A DNA stretch of 64,000 nucleotides, from the NCBI RefSeq assembly GCF_009914755.1, contig NC_060935.1. One strand, given 5' to 3'. This DNA is from the human T2T-CHM13v2.0 reference genome, Homo sapiens. The notes under the pieces are model-generated. The model saw nothing but the letters and a program-made list of their open reading frames with translations, had not been told where the DNA came from and ran no database searches. The translations under genes were made by a program, and so were the position numbers. Below, piece after piece: positions 1-10,970 of the stretch (position 1 is the stretch's first letter; every line of letters begins with the position of its first letter).

Positions 1-287
1 AGCCACTTCTTGCAGAAAAGAATGTGACATGAGTCTGAGGCCGAAGCCGCAGAACTGGAGAGCACACATGTTCCACCTGCCTGGCCCGGCTGGGGTGAGA
101 AGCCCACCTTCCCAAATCACCTCACACTGGCTAGCTCACTTCAACCCTGCGCCGTCCTCCTTCTCCACAACTCACACCCATCTTTTCAGTGACCTCCCAA
201 AAGATGTCCCCTCCTCCTACCTCTCCACCCCTTGGGCAAAGGACTTCTTCAGTCGCTTTCTCACATCTCCATTTTTCAAAAAGAAAT

Positions 288-390
288 GATGTTTCACTTA
301 CACACAGTAAAATGCACAGAGCTTCAGTGTATAGTTCAATGAGTTTTGGCATGTGTACGCCTCTGTAGTCCACACCCCAATTGAGACTTG
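288..390 (-). mobile_element. Old L1 (L1ME/L1MB-type) 3'-end fragment
   Basis: cagtaaaatgcacagagcttcagtgtatagttcaatgagttttgg resembles the antisense L1M 3' terminus. Confidence 0.7.
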
Positions 391-884
391 ATGTTTCCTT
401 TTCCTCTTCTTGCCCCTCCTAGATTATTTTGGAGCCTACCAATAAGGAGAAAGAGGGTGGACACCGAGAGGCAGGAGGAAGCACACAGAGAGAGCCATAG
501 GACATCTGGAGCCTGCGGCTGGGGCCATGGGGGATGGAGCCGGGTCCAGCCAGGCTGGGATGAAGACTTTCTGCCCTTCAACCCTGAGACTAGGTATCTT
601 CCCAGACCAGGAAGGAAGCAAGTGAACCCCTGCCCAGTCCTGGCCAAGGCCCCACATGGATGAGGTCCAGGAGGCTTCACCAGAGGAGTCTGAAGTGTCC
701 TGCCTCCCCCAGTTCTTCCCACCTGGATGGCTGAGGGGTCTGCCCTACTGCTGCTACAAAACTGCAAGGAGGATGAATGGCATTTTGATTTCCCCAGGAG
801 CCAAGGGGCCTGGATCCTTGAGGAAGTTGGTCCCCTCTTTGTGCAGATGAGGTTGGAAAAACTGGCACACTTCCTATGCCTATT

Positions 885-952
885 ACATATTCATAGGTGT
901 GGGGGATTAGGATGTGGACATCTTTGGGAGGCCATTATTCTGCCTATCCATG
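885..952 (-). mobile_element. MLT1 (ERVL-MaLR) LTR terminal fragment
   Basis: gggattaggatgtggacatctttgggaggccattattctgccta is the MLT1 terminus, also seen at 17130-17179. Confidence 0.75.
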
Positions 953-1042
953 AAGCCAGGACCCCCCAAAGTTCAAAGATCCCAGATGTCTCTCTAGAGT
1001 CTGGACTGTTAAAACAACTCTCCCCAGGGAAGCCGGCACAGG

Positions 1043-1190
1043 GAGGTGCCTTGCAGATGCCACCCTCCAGGCCCCGCCTCCCTGCCACAGAGAGGTGCCT
1101 TGCAGATGCCACCCTCCAGGCCCCGCCTCCCTGCCACAGAGAGGTGCCTTGCAGATGCCACCCTCCAGGCCCTGCCTCCCTGCCACAGAG
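1043..1190. repeat. Minisatellite/VNTR, 3 x 49 bp
   Basis: Unit gaggtgccttgcagatgccaccctccaggccccgcctccctgccacaga starts at 1043, 1092 and 1141. Copy 3 has one C>T change. Confidence 0.97.
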
Positions 1191-2079
1191 GCACCAGAGG
1201 GACAGTGCTTCTGTGACCATCACATCCAGGCCACTGCCTTACTAAAAGCCTGCGAGGACAAGTCCTCCCCGCCACGGAGCCTGGGAAATGGTCAGCAGAC
1301 TCGCCCTCCCACCAACCTCTGTCTGGGTTCCCATCTCAGTGTAAACTCCAGGAGATATCCGTCCGACGCTTTGTTGGGTGCCGGGCACATCATGAGTGCT
1401 CAGTAAATGTTGGCTGGATAAAAAAATAAACGAGGCCTAGCAACTGGCTGGACCGATGTTTTTCCTTCTAGTTGTGTCCTGTCTTGTCTATAAGGCACTG
1501 GCACAGCATGGTCCTATCTCAGCCACATGACAAGCTGGGTCAGATTACATCTTTCAGTACCAAGAAAAAAAGGAGACAAAGTAAGTGACTAGCTAGAGGT
1601 GAGAGAAAGGAGGGTGGGCAGGATTCTGAACACTCACTTTCTGATCTAGGAATGAAGCCAAGAATAACATCAGGGTTAGAATTTGGAAGAAAAGAGCCAA
1701 GAATACCAAGAGCAAAGTGTGGAATACAAGCAGCAGGAACAGAAGTCCCGAAGAGCAAACTGGAATTCACAAGAGGCACAGGGGCTCCGGCTATGGCAAG
1801 AGCCACACAGCATGAATCTTCCAGAGACTGCAGTGACTGTGGGCTTCCTCTCCACATGCTGACCCACATCCTCTCAGTCCAAATCCCAACATTAGCCAGA
1901 GCCCAGGCATCATTCTGAGCCTTGGCAACAAGCCTTGGTTTCATGTGCACTAAAACAGTTTTTTCCAACATGTAGATGCCGACCTTCCTCCCTCCAAAAC
2001 TGATCAGCAAATGCTCAGTGCTATATTGTTAAAGCGGGCCTGCCACTCCCATTAGAGTGACACAAATAGATGCCTCAAG

Positions 2080-2275
2080 GCAGTGTGAGGACAGTGGTTA
2101 CATGCACAAATTCTATTGCCAGACCACCTGCCCCAGCTCTGCCACTAGTGACCTTGGGCAGGAGATATCATCTCCCCATGCCTCAGTTTCCTCTTCTGTA
2201 AGATGGAGGCTAATCATAGGACCTACCTCAGAAGGTTTTACTGTGAAGACTCAAGGAGTTCTTATAAATTAAGTG
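2080..2275 (+). mobile_element. MIR SINE
   Basis: MIR core gtgaccttgggca...gcctcagtttcctcttctgtaagatgg...acctacctcagaagg. Confidence 0.85.
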
Positions 2276-2999
2276 ACAAACATATGCCTGAAAACATGGC
2301 TTATCCTATATAAATGTTTGCCAGTGTCGTTTGAAATAGGATGAGAGTAAAATTTTGAAAAGATGTTTCCAAAATGAATTAAGAAGGATGAGCCAAGCAA
2401 TGGCCTTGTTACAAGGCAGGGATGTTTTTATGGAAATTAACAGACAAAAGGAGGCACTGTTTTACCTAAGCACATACTTGTTTTGTGTGGTCCACCAACA
2501 GCTCTCCAATCTTGGGCGTGCGTCTGGCACGTGAGCTGAAATAGAGCTAGACGGAGCCTTCCAAGTACATGTGCAAAGAGAACCCTCCACTGTTAAAGCC
2601 ACTTTCACAGAGCCCTCCCTGAGGAGTGAGGAGGCTCTGCTCTGCCTTTTATCAGAGATTCTGTTTTTCTGTCTGGAAAAAGGGGCTGACAGAAGTTGCT
2701 TGGTGCCACGGGGGAGGTGTGGAAGCTCCACAGACTGTAAAGTTCTGTGCAGAGGGAAGGTCTCTCTGTAAGGACGATTGCTCCTCTCCAGCAGCTCAGA
2801 AGAAAACTGTAGAATTCTGCCCACCTAAAGTCCTTCAGAGTTCCTCCCTCTCTCAGGCAAATTCCTCCCACAGGTGAGAGTGGGTGGGGCGCTTCTCTCA
2901 GTCAAAGATCAAGGGCTCCCACATGCGCTCTCATTGTGCAGCATTGTGCACAGTCAAATAAACAATGGTGGGCCGATGTCAAAGCCACGATCCGGCATC

Positions 3000-3210
3000 T
3001 GAGACATGGGCTCAAGGCTCAGCTCAGTTGCTTATCTGACTGTGTGACCTCAGACAACACTCTTTCCGCTCTTCAGTTTCCTCAACTCAAACCGGAAGAA
3101 TCTACCATTGCCTGGCGTACCTTCACTGCCCTGTTAATGTGGTCCAAATGGGAAGGGCATTATCGGCACGTCCAGCACTATGGGAATCCCAGTTGTTGTT
3201 ATAACCAGGT
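3000..3210 (+). mobile_element. Degenerate MIR
   Basis: ctgtgtgacctcagac...ttcagtttcctcaac. Confidence 0.6.
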
Positions 3211-3774
3211 TATAATCTGTAAAATCCACCCTTTCCTTGGCTTCCTTTCCATTTTCCCTTTAATTTTGAACAAATATGGATTGAGCTGTGCCTGTGTTTT
3301 GTAACAGATTGACTGAAAAGTCCATGGCTCTTCTTCTGGCCAAGGTCATGGCCAAGTCCCCTGCAGGAACTAGAGGGCCCTATTCCTGATGATCTCTTCT
3401 CCAGAGCCCCTGTGTGCTGCCCCCACCAGACCAGCTCCTCTCCAGACCCAGGAGTGGTCTCTGCAGCTCCTCTGTGGACTGAGGCCCCATGACACTTAGC
3501 TGAGGTCACTTTCAGGATATTTCCAGAATCCAACCCCATCTCAGCACCTCCCCTGCTGCCATCATGGTCCAGGCCACCACTGCCTCTCACCTGGAAGCCT
3601 CTTAATTGGTCTCCATGCTCCCAGCCTTGCCCCCTCGGTCTGTTCTCAGTATAGCAGCCACAGGCACCTTTGCAAGTGACAATTAGCATATTGCTAATCT
3701 GCTCAAGCCCTTCCCATGGATCTCTGTCTCACAGAGTAAATGCTGCACTCCTTGCAAAAGCCTATGAAGCCCTT

Positions 3775-3955
3775 CTCCTGGGATTCACCTTGACTGCACA
3801 TCGGAATCACCCAGGAGCTCTAAACAATACTGAAGCTGAGTGCTGCCCCAGAAACACTTATCTAATTGGTCTGGGGTGTGGCCTTGGCATCAGGATTGTT
3901 TTTTAAGGCTCCCGTGATGTGTAGAATGGGCAGCAAGGTTGAGAACCACGGCCCT
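3775..3955. mobile_element. MER5 (hAT-Charlie) DNA transposon
   Basis: ttgactgcacatcggaatcacccaggagct...aattggtctggggtgtggcc...ggttgagaaccac. Confidence 0.8.
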
Positions 3956-4419
3956 AATGATCTGCTTCCTGTTGCTCCTCTGGCCTCATCTCCAACTACT
4001 GCCCCCTTACACACCCCATTCCAGCCACAGGGGCCTCCTTCCTCTTCCTCAAACATGACGTGCCATGCGTGCTTCTGCCTCAGGGCCTTTGCACTTGCCA
4101 CTTCCTCTGCCTGAAAGGTACTCCCCCCATCCTCCAACAGTACCCTCATGGCTTGCTTCCTCTTCTCCTCCAGGTCTTTGCTCAAATGTTACCTCTTACT
4201 GAGGTCTTCTCTGACCACGCAGGAAAAATTGCAGCTCCCCACTCTTGTCCCAGGTGTCTCTCTCTCTCTCCGACTTTATATTTCTCCATAGCACTCACCA
4301 CCACCTAACATACTGCATATTTGACTTCTTTGTTTTGTTTACTCTCTGCCTCCACCCAACTAGAATGCCAGCTCTGTGAAGCAGGGGTTTCTGTATGTTT
4401 TGTTCACTGCTTTGTCCCT

Positions 4420-4783
4420 TGTATTAGTCCATTCTCATGCTGCTATGAAGAAATACCTGTGACTGGGTAATTTATAAAGGAAAGAGGTTCAATTGACTCA
4501 CAGTTCTGCATGGCTGGGGAGGCCTCAGGAAACTTACAATCATGGTGGAAGGCACCTCCTCACAGGGTGGCAGGAGAGAGAATGAGAGCCAGCAGGGAAA
4601 ATGCCAGACGCTTATAAAACCATCAGATCTCATGAGAACTTACTCACTATCAGGAGAACAGTATGGGGGAAACCACCCCCATGATTCAGTTACCTCCTAC
4701 CTGGTCCCTCCCACAATATGTGGGGATTATGGGAACTACAATTCAAGATGAGACTTGGGTGGAGACACAGCCAAACCGTATCA
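4420..4783 (-). mobile_element. THE1C-like solo LTR (ERVL-MaLR)
   Basis: 364 bp, tgtattagtcc...ccaaaccgtatca, with a perfect 5-bp TSD TCCCT (4415-4419 / 4784-4788). Confidence 0.95.
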
Positions 4784-5654
4784 TCCCTGTGTCTAGACTA
4801 TGCTGGCACAGAAGTGCTTAATAAATGACCTGCAAGTGAAAGCACATTCTTCTCTCCCTTTGGACATCCTCAGCTGCTCTTTCATCCTAGCCGAGCCAGG
4901 TTCTCCCTGAGCCACAAACAACCATACCCAATTATACAGTATACAGCAGGTGTTCAATGAATGTCTGTGGAGCTGAACTGAATCTTCTCCCTAAAAGAAC
5001 ACGGCCTCCAAACCCAGCAGCAAGATCTTTCTCAAAGACTCCAGATATAAGCTCACTGTGGTTTGCAGCTTTTAAAAAAATGTAAAAATGAGGAGAAAAG
5101 GGGGAAAACACTGTGGGGGGGAGCTCACAAAAATTAATGAGATTTTCTCAGCTGAGGTACATGCCCACATTTTCAATAATTGGGAGTAGTAAGAATTCTC
5201 ACTGAACCTTAAAGGAACATCCTTCTGTAACAAAGAGAGAAGTCAAGACAGACTTCTCTGTCAGATGTAACGACTTGTTAGCCCCACAAGATAGATGTAC
5301 TTTAAAAACTAATTTACAGAAAAAAGATTATGCATAAAATGCAACTAATTGGGTTAAAATGACGTATTAACAGGAATGTGAGATGATTGTAGTGTCCTTA
5401 ACGAGTAAATTAAGTTGTTAATCCTCAAAATCTCTACTGGAAGAAAGCTTTGCCCCTACTCAGCTAATGGAGAAACTGAGGCTGAGGGAAGAGGAGAGTG
5501 ACTTGCTGAACGCAAGCCGAGGGGACAGGCCCTGGCTGAAGCAGGAAAGGGACCCAAGAATCCAGGCGCCCAGTCCTGCTCTGTTCCCAGCACTCTGGGG
5601 ACCCCATCTCCCCATAGGCAGGTCGACAAGGGCCCAGTCACTGACTCTGCTCAC

Positions 5655-5847
5655 CCACTGGGTCTGAGGTCAGGCAGGGGCCGGTCCAGGGGCAGGCGGT
5701 CGCTGAGGTAGGCGTTGTAGCCGTAGTACTGGAATTGCTTCAGGGCCACGCGCCGGCCTTCGGGGCTGAGCTCCTGGCCCCAGTGTGCAAACAGAGAGGA
5801 GTCTGTGAAGGGCTCGGCCTCTGCCTCCTCAGGCTTGGCAGGAGCCT
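5655..5847 (-). CDS. GALNT18: GALNT18 (polypeptide N-acetylgalactosaminyltransferase 18) internal coding exon 2, 193 nt, phase 1 to phase 2
   Basis: The translation EAPAKPEEAEAEPFTDSSLFAHWGQELSPEGRRVALKQFQYYGYNAYLSDRLPLDRPLPDLRPSG matches the recalled GALNT18 stem region and carries the GALNT-family YN..LSDR.PL.R.LPD.R motif. The acceptor is ...tgtctcctgttccttctttctccag|AG GCT (5848/5847) and the donor is AGT GG|gtgagc (5655/5654). Confidence 0.96.
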
Positions 5848-5882
5848 CTGGAGAAAGAAGGAACAGGAGACAGTGGGTCAGA
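5848..5882 (-). promoter_or_regulatory. GALNT18: 3' splice site, polypyrimidine tract and candidate branch point of GALNT18 exon 2
   Basis: The minus strand reads ctctgAcccactgtctcctgttccttctttctccag. The CTGAC branch motif has its A at 5878, about 31 nt from the AG. Confidence 0.75.
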
Positions 5883-6589
5883 GTGCACCCCTGCATGTGC
5901 CATGACAATCCCTTTCCCTTCCTCACAAACAGCCTTTGGTAAAACAATCTTAGCCCCTTCTTTCGGGGTCAGTGCTGACTTGGGTTTTCATGCTTCCCAA
6001 AGACCCATTCATCCATGAATCCATCCATTCATCTAACCCACAACCACCAGGCACAGGAGTTAGAGAAATACACCTGACAGGGTCTGCTGAGAAGCTAATG
6101 GATGTGACATTGATGCCCCATGGCTTCAAGTCAGGACCCCCTTTTTCCCCAGTCTGCCTCCCTGCCAGAGATGTTGGCCCCAGCCCTCAAACTGGGCATC
6201 TGCTTCTCTGTCCCTAGCCTGTACCCCCATTTCCTGCAATTCCCAAGCCCACCCCACATTGAGGCACCCAAGCTGGGAGTCTACTCCTCCACCCAGTTCT
6301 TGCCAGCCCTTCTCCCTCTTCACTGTCTGGTCCTCCAGTGAGTTGCCTGGTGCACCATGTGACATTCACCTGGCTGTCAGCACCCCGGCCAGACTGCCTC
6401 CTGCTGCTTCCAGACACTGCCCACCAGAATAGCAAATCCATGACACAGGTGACAGCCAAGCCACACCCAGCCTGCCCTGCGCTCTGGGCCCTGCTCATGG
6501 GAGCCCTTGTGGACTTGGTGGAGGCAGCTCAAGGCCAGCACATGGTTTCCCAGGAACTTCCCAGAAAAATGGAGGGGAATCACTAACTG

Positions 6590-6830
6590 TGAGAGCAGAG
6601 GCTTTGAAGTCACACAGTCGTGGATTCCAGTCAGTGCTCCACCACGTCCTGGCTACATGACCATAGCACAGTCAACCTCCCAAGGCCAAAATTCCCCAAC
6701 CTAGAATGCAGAGATAATAATACCCAACCAGCCTCCAGAGATTGTGAGGATTCCATTAAATAAAGTGTATAAAGCATTTAGATCAGTTTATGTCTCAGAA
6801 CAAGTGCACAGCCAATGGCAATTAGGGTTA
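6590..6830 (+). mobile_element. MIR SINE
   Basis: gctttgaagtcacac...gataataatacc...ttgtgaggattccattaaataaagtgtataaagcatttag. Confidence 0.75.
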
Positions 6831-7597
6831 TTATAGCAAGGGAAGGTTATTGAAATCTCTCTTTGATGGGGGCTAAAAGATAGATCTTGCCAGGACATGG
6901 GCTGATAGTCCAGGACTTTGGAATTACTTCCCTGGGACAGGCCATCAGGTGAATCATTTGAGGTCAGAAATCAGAGAAATTGGACAGAATTGGCAAGCCC
7001 ACTGGACAGGGTCGTCTATGCTCACAAATTCATGAGGGAAGTAAGAGATGGAGCCAGGAGCCTGGAATGAGACAGTGATCAGAAAAAACAGAAGCAGGTC
7101 AGGGACAGGAGAGGCAGGCTTGGGACACCTGCCCACATCCCCTTGTTGGCCTGTATGGAGTCAATGGGTGTATGACACACCTAGGTACAGGCTGGAGATG
7201 AGTAAGGAGCTAGGGTTCTGAAGTCTTCAAGGCTGGAGTGCTGGGGCTATGGACTGCCACCTCCTCATGCGGTGCTCTCCTAAAAGCCCATCTGAGAGAG
7301 AGGAGACTGCCTGGGAACAAAAGAGGGAGGCTTCCAAAACATAGGCTCCCCCTACCATGGAAGGGGTGCTCCAGTGGCAGGAAGCCTCCATCACCAGAAG
7401 CAGGCAGAGGCTATCAAGAGTAGAAGGGGACTTAGCAAGCTCACGATCCTGAAAGCAGAGATGCCAGAGACCTCAGTGTGAGAGATGCAAAAAGATCTGT
7501 CAACAAACTCCCAGGTGCCGAACTCACTGGGTGCACATGCATTAAGGTACCTCTCCGGGCCACGTCCTCCAAATGGGACACCCCTGTAACTCTTGGG

Positions 7598-7852
7598 ATA
7601 ACCATCAGAGCTAACACTTGATGAGTGCTCACTCCTACCACGAGCCAGGCTCTGTCCTAAGCATTTTCTCTTATCAACTCATCTCACCCTATAAGGTAGG
7701 AATTGTTGTCATCTTCATTTTATATATAAAGAAAGTGAGGCATAGAGAGAATAAAAAACTTGTCCAGGTTCACACAGAAGAAAGTGCAGTAGCTGGATTT
7801 CAGTCCTGGGAAGGCTCTCCCCAGGCAGTGGTCCTCCCACTATGCTATACAG
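7598..7852 (-). mobile_element. MIR SINE
   Basis: agctaacacttgatgagtgct...ccaggctctgtcctaagc...gaaagtgaggcatagagag...cttgtccaggttcacac. Confidence 0.85.
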
Positions 7853-8811
7853 CCTCTATAAGGCAATGAGCTGCTAAAGTACGTGAAGTACAAAGACAAA
7901 CATGGCATACCATCTCGGTGACTGATTTTCCTTAAAGACATAAAAGCAAAGTCGGAAAATTTAAACAGATTAGGATATACCGAAGAATAAAATGCAAACT
8001 ATGCAAACTCTTCTAAGACACAGCATTGTCAGGATTGCAGTGGCTTGCCCAAATCTCCATCTCAGAACTTGCTCATTCTTCTCCCCTACTAGGCATGCTT
8101 GAAGGGTAGCACAAGCATGCATGATCTTGAAGGTCCTTGTTATCTCTAAAAAGATGTATGACTCATTCGTTTGGAATGGGGGGTAGTAAAAATCTAAATC
8201 AGTGAACCAACTGAATCATATAATATTTAAAAGAAATGTAGTTTTATTGCTCTCGAATACCTAAGTGGATATTACTAAGTAAAATGAGATCAGTTAATGG
8301 AAAATTATGATCCAAAATTAGGCCTGCATTGCATAATAATATATTATAAACATATTAAAGTCCTGGTGACACCACATGGTCCTACCTTTTCACTCAGTAT
8401 GGGCACGAAGGATGACAAACTCAAAGCCAGTGAGTCCTGAAAGATGAGGTGGAGGGCCTACAGCAGGAAAGATGTAATATTTGTTGAATTTCTGCCAAGA
8501 GTCAAGCACTGCGATAGGTCATTTCCTTATCGAATGTTGCCTCTCTTCCTCCTCACTGGTGCAACTCCACAGAGCAGGACCACATCTGACTTGACCCCTG
8601 CTGGACTGCCAGCTCCTAGCACAGTAACTGCTTCTTACAAGGGACTCAATCGATCATTTCAAAATACATCAGTTAATAAGTAACCCATAGTGGTTAGACA
8701 AGATGAAACCAAAAGTGAAAAGGTTAAATGTCTAATCCAAGGCCACCCAGTGTGTCAGTGACATCGAATAAAGGCCTGGCTCCTCCAAACTCCACATTCT
8801 TTTCTCTATAC

Positions 8812-9012
8812 CAGGGGTGGCAAACCATGGTCCAAGGGCCACTGCTTGTTTTTGTAAATAAAGTTTTATTAGAACACAGTCACATCCACTTGTTAACATA
8901 TTCTCTTTGGAGCTGAAGAGCAGAGTTGAGTATGTATGACAGAGATGATATGACCCGAGAATCTGAAAACACTATCTGATTCTTTAAAAACAAAAAAAAG
9001 TGTGCCACCCCC
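8812..9012. mobile_element. MER58A (hAT-Charlie)
   Basis: Termini caggggtggcaaac ... gtgtgccacccc and diagnostic gtttttgtaaataaagttttattagaacacag. Confidence 0.88.
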
Positions 9013-9117
9013 AACATTTTCCCGAGCCCTGTCTGCCCTGTACCTTAGAGTTGACTCTCCTGAGGTAAGGAGGCCTTGCCTCTCTGAACTCTATTTAATT
9101 TTCTTTACTTCCAAAGA

Positions 9118-9346
9118 ATTGGTTAAGAACACTGGCTGTGGAGTCAGAATCCTAGGGTTTATCCTCCAGCTCTACCATTTGCCAGTTTGGTCCACCTCAC
9201 CCTGAGCCTCAGTTTCCTCTTCTGGAAAATGGGGTTGATAACAATAGTGCCTTCTTCATAGAACATGTGTGAGGATAAATGAGATGGTCAGGTAAGGAGC
9301 TTGGCACGGTGCCTGGCACATAGTAAGCTCTCCATAAACACTGCTG
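9118..9346 (+). mobile_element. MIR SINE
   Basis: ggttaagaacactggc...gagcctcagtttcctc...tgcctggcacatagtaagctc. Confidence 0.9.
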
Positions 9347-10149
9347 AAGCCCGCACAAAGCCCACAGCCCTATCGGGCCGCCGGAGTTGGGACAGGAAGG
9401 TGACCTTGCCAAGGTCCCCAGCTCTAGAAGATGCTGACGCCTTCCAGCCCCACATGAAGGCTTTCCATGTCCATAGACAAGTGGTCTATGCTTAACCAGA
9501 CCTGGACTCCACTCCCGTCTCCAGTGAGAAAGCAGGCCTACATGGTCATCCAGCAAAGGGGACCACCTTTGACATAAGGGGGACAGGCAAAGAGGCCTCA
9601 GAGAAGTGTCTGGGCTGGGTCTTCTACAGGGGTCCTGGGGTGTTTGGCATATCTGGTGATACCCAGACCCTCTGATGTCTGGCATCTAGGGATGAGGCAC
9701 CTTCCAGGATTGGACTCTGGCTGAAGCCCCTGCAGGCATTCAGACCTACCTGGGCATGTCTGACCAACTGATGAGGTGACTTAAGAGAAGCACATCTCCA
9801 GGGGCTGAGGACTCCCCAGGAGGGCCCATTCGAGGCAGAGATTGAGCAGGGCACAATGAACTCTGTGAGCTGCAAAGCCAGAGAGTGTGAAGGGGAGTAT
9901 TTGGAGGATTCTGAGCACAACACAGAGGCTGTTACTCGCCCCCTGCCCTCACCCAGCCCTGAGTGCTTGTCTGGGTCCCAGGGAGAAATAGGATGAAAGG
10001 GAAAGTGAAGGGGCTGCTTCACCAGACAGCCATGCTTGGGGACCAAGCGGTGCTTGAGTCAGGGAAGGTGGAAGGAAAGGGATGATGTGATTAGGGCAGG
10101 TTGGGGAGCCCCAAGTACGGCCTGAGGAGACCCCTGGGCCAGGGGAAAC

Positions 10150-10970
10150 ATTACCATGCCACGTCCTTCTCTGATCAGAACCCTCCAAGGGCCTTCCGCC
10201 ACCTTCTTGTTAAACACCTGCAAGGCCCAGCACTCACCTCCCATCTCTGCCCCTGGTTTTCTCCTCTCCAGCCACACCGGCCACTCATCAGACTCACCAG
10301 GCACATCTCACCTGAGTGCCTCAGCTCCAGCATTTCCCTGCACATCCTCCTGGTCAGTTCCCTCACTTCTATGTCTTTACTCAAAAGTCACTTTCTCAGC
10401 AAACCCTATCCTGAACATCCAGCCCTCTCCCCAGTTTTTACATATATAGTCTCTGATATGGTTTGGCTACGTCCCCACCCAAATCTCATGTTGAATTGTA
10501 GCTCCTATAATTCCCATGTGTTGTGGGAGGGACCCGGTGGAGGTAACTGAATCATGGGGGCAAGTCTTTCCCATGCTGTTCTCACGATAGTGAATAACCC
10601 TCAAGAGATCTGACGGTTTTATAAAGGGGAGCTTCCCTGCACACGCTCTCTTCCCTGCCACCACGTAAGGTGTGCTTTTGCTCCTCTTTCACCTTCCACC
10701 ATGATTGTGAGGCCTCCCAGTCATGTGGAACTGTGAGTCCATTAAGCCTTCTTTTCTTTATAAATTACCCAGTCTCACTTACGTCTTTCTTAGCAGCATG
10801 AGAACAGACTAATATAGTCTCCATTCATTTTGCTTGTTGTTTGCTTCCCTGACTGGAACGTGGCTCTGTGAGGTCAGGCATTTGCTTTGTTCTCTGTTGA
10901 GTCCCTCAGACTCAGAACAGCATCTGGCGCCTAGTAGGTGCTTAACCAATACCAGTAAAATGAACGAATA
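10150..10970 (+). mobile_element. L2 3' region interrupted by THE1B
   Basis: ctcaaaagtcactttctcagc lies before the LTR. gactggaacgtggctctgtgagg...ctggcgcctagtaggtgcttaa...aatgaacgaat lies after it. Confidence 0.75.
10454..10816 (+). mobile_element. THE1B-like solo LTR (ERVL-MaLR)
   Basis: 363 bp, tgatatggtttggc...cagactaatata, with a perfect TSD GTCTC (10449-10453 / 10817-10821). Confidence 0.95.

Larger units (their letters stand above)
3505..4840 (+). mobile_element. L2 (L2a-type) 3' region, interrupted by MER5 and THE1C
   Basis: L2 motifs cctcagggcctttgcacttgc, ctcaaatgttacctc and ctagaatgccagctctgtgaagcagg. The 3' end tggcacagaagtgcttaataaat resumes after the LTR. Confidence 0.85.
1..5654 (-). 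other. GALNT18: GALNT18 intron 2 (5' part)
   Basis: Begins with the GTGAGC donor after the exon. No continuation of the protein (CRNLSF...) is seen in the window. Confidence 0.88.

Noticed and set aside
1043-1190. CRISPR-like array, and repeat-protein ORFs (727-1245, 891-1223 and others)
   Set aside because: The units abut with no spacers and the context is eukaryotic with no cas genes. The ORFs merely read through the stop-poor VNTR.
5655-5847. Rolling-circle ORF from a hypothetical exon-2 circle
   Set aside because: The exon has no ATG and the other frames contain TGA stops.
5848-5947. N-terminal extension of ORF 5651-5947 (MFYQRLF...LLSP)
   Set aside because: It is intronic read-through across the polypyrimidine tract upstream of the acceptor AG.
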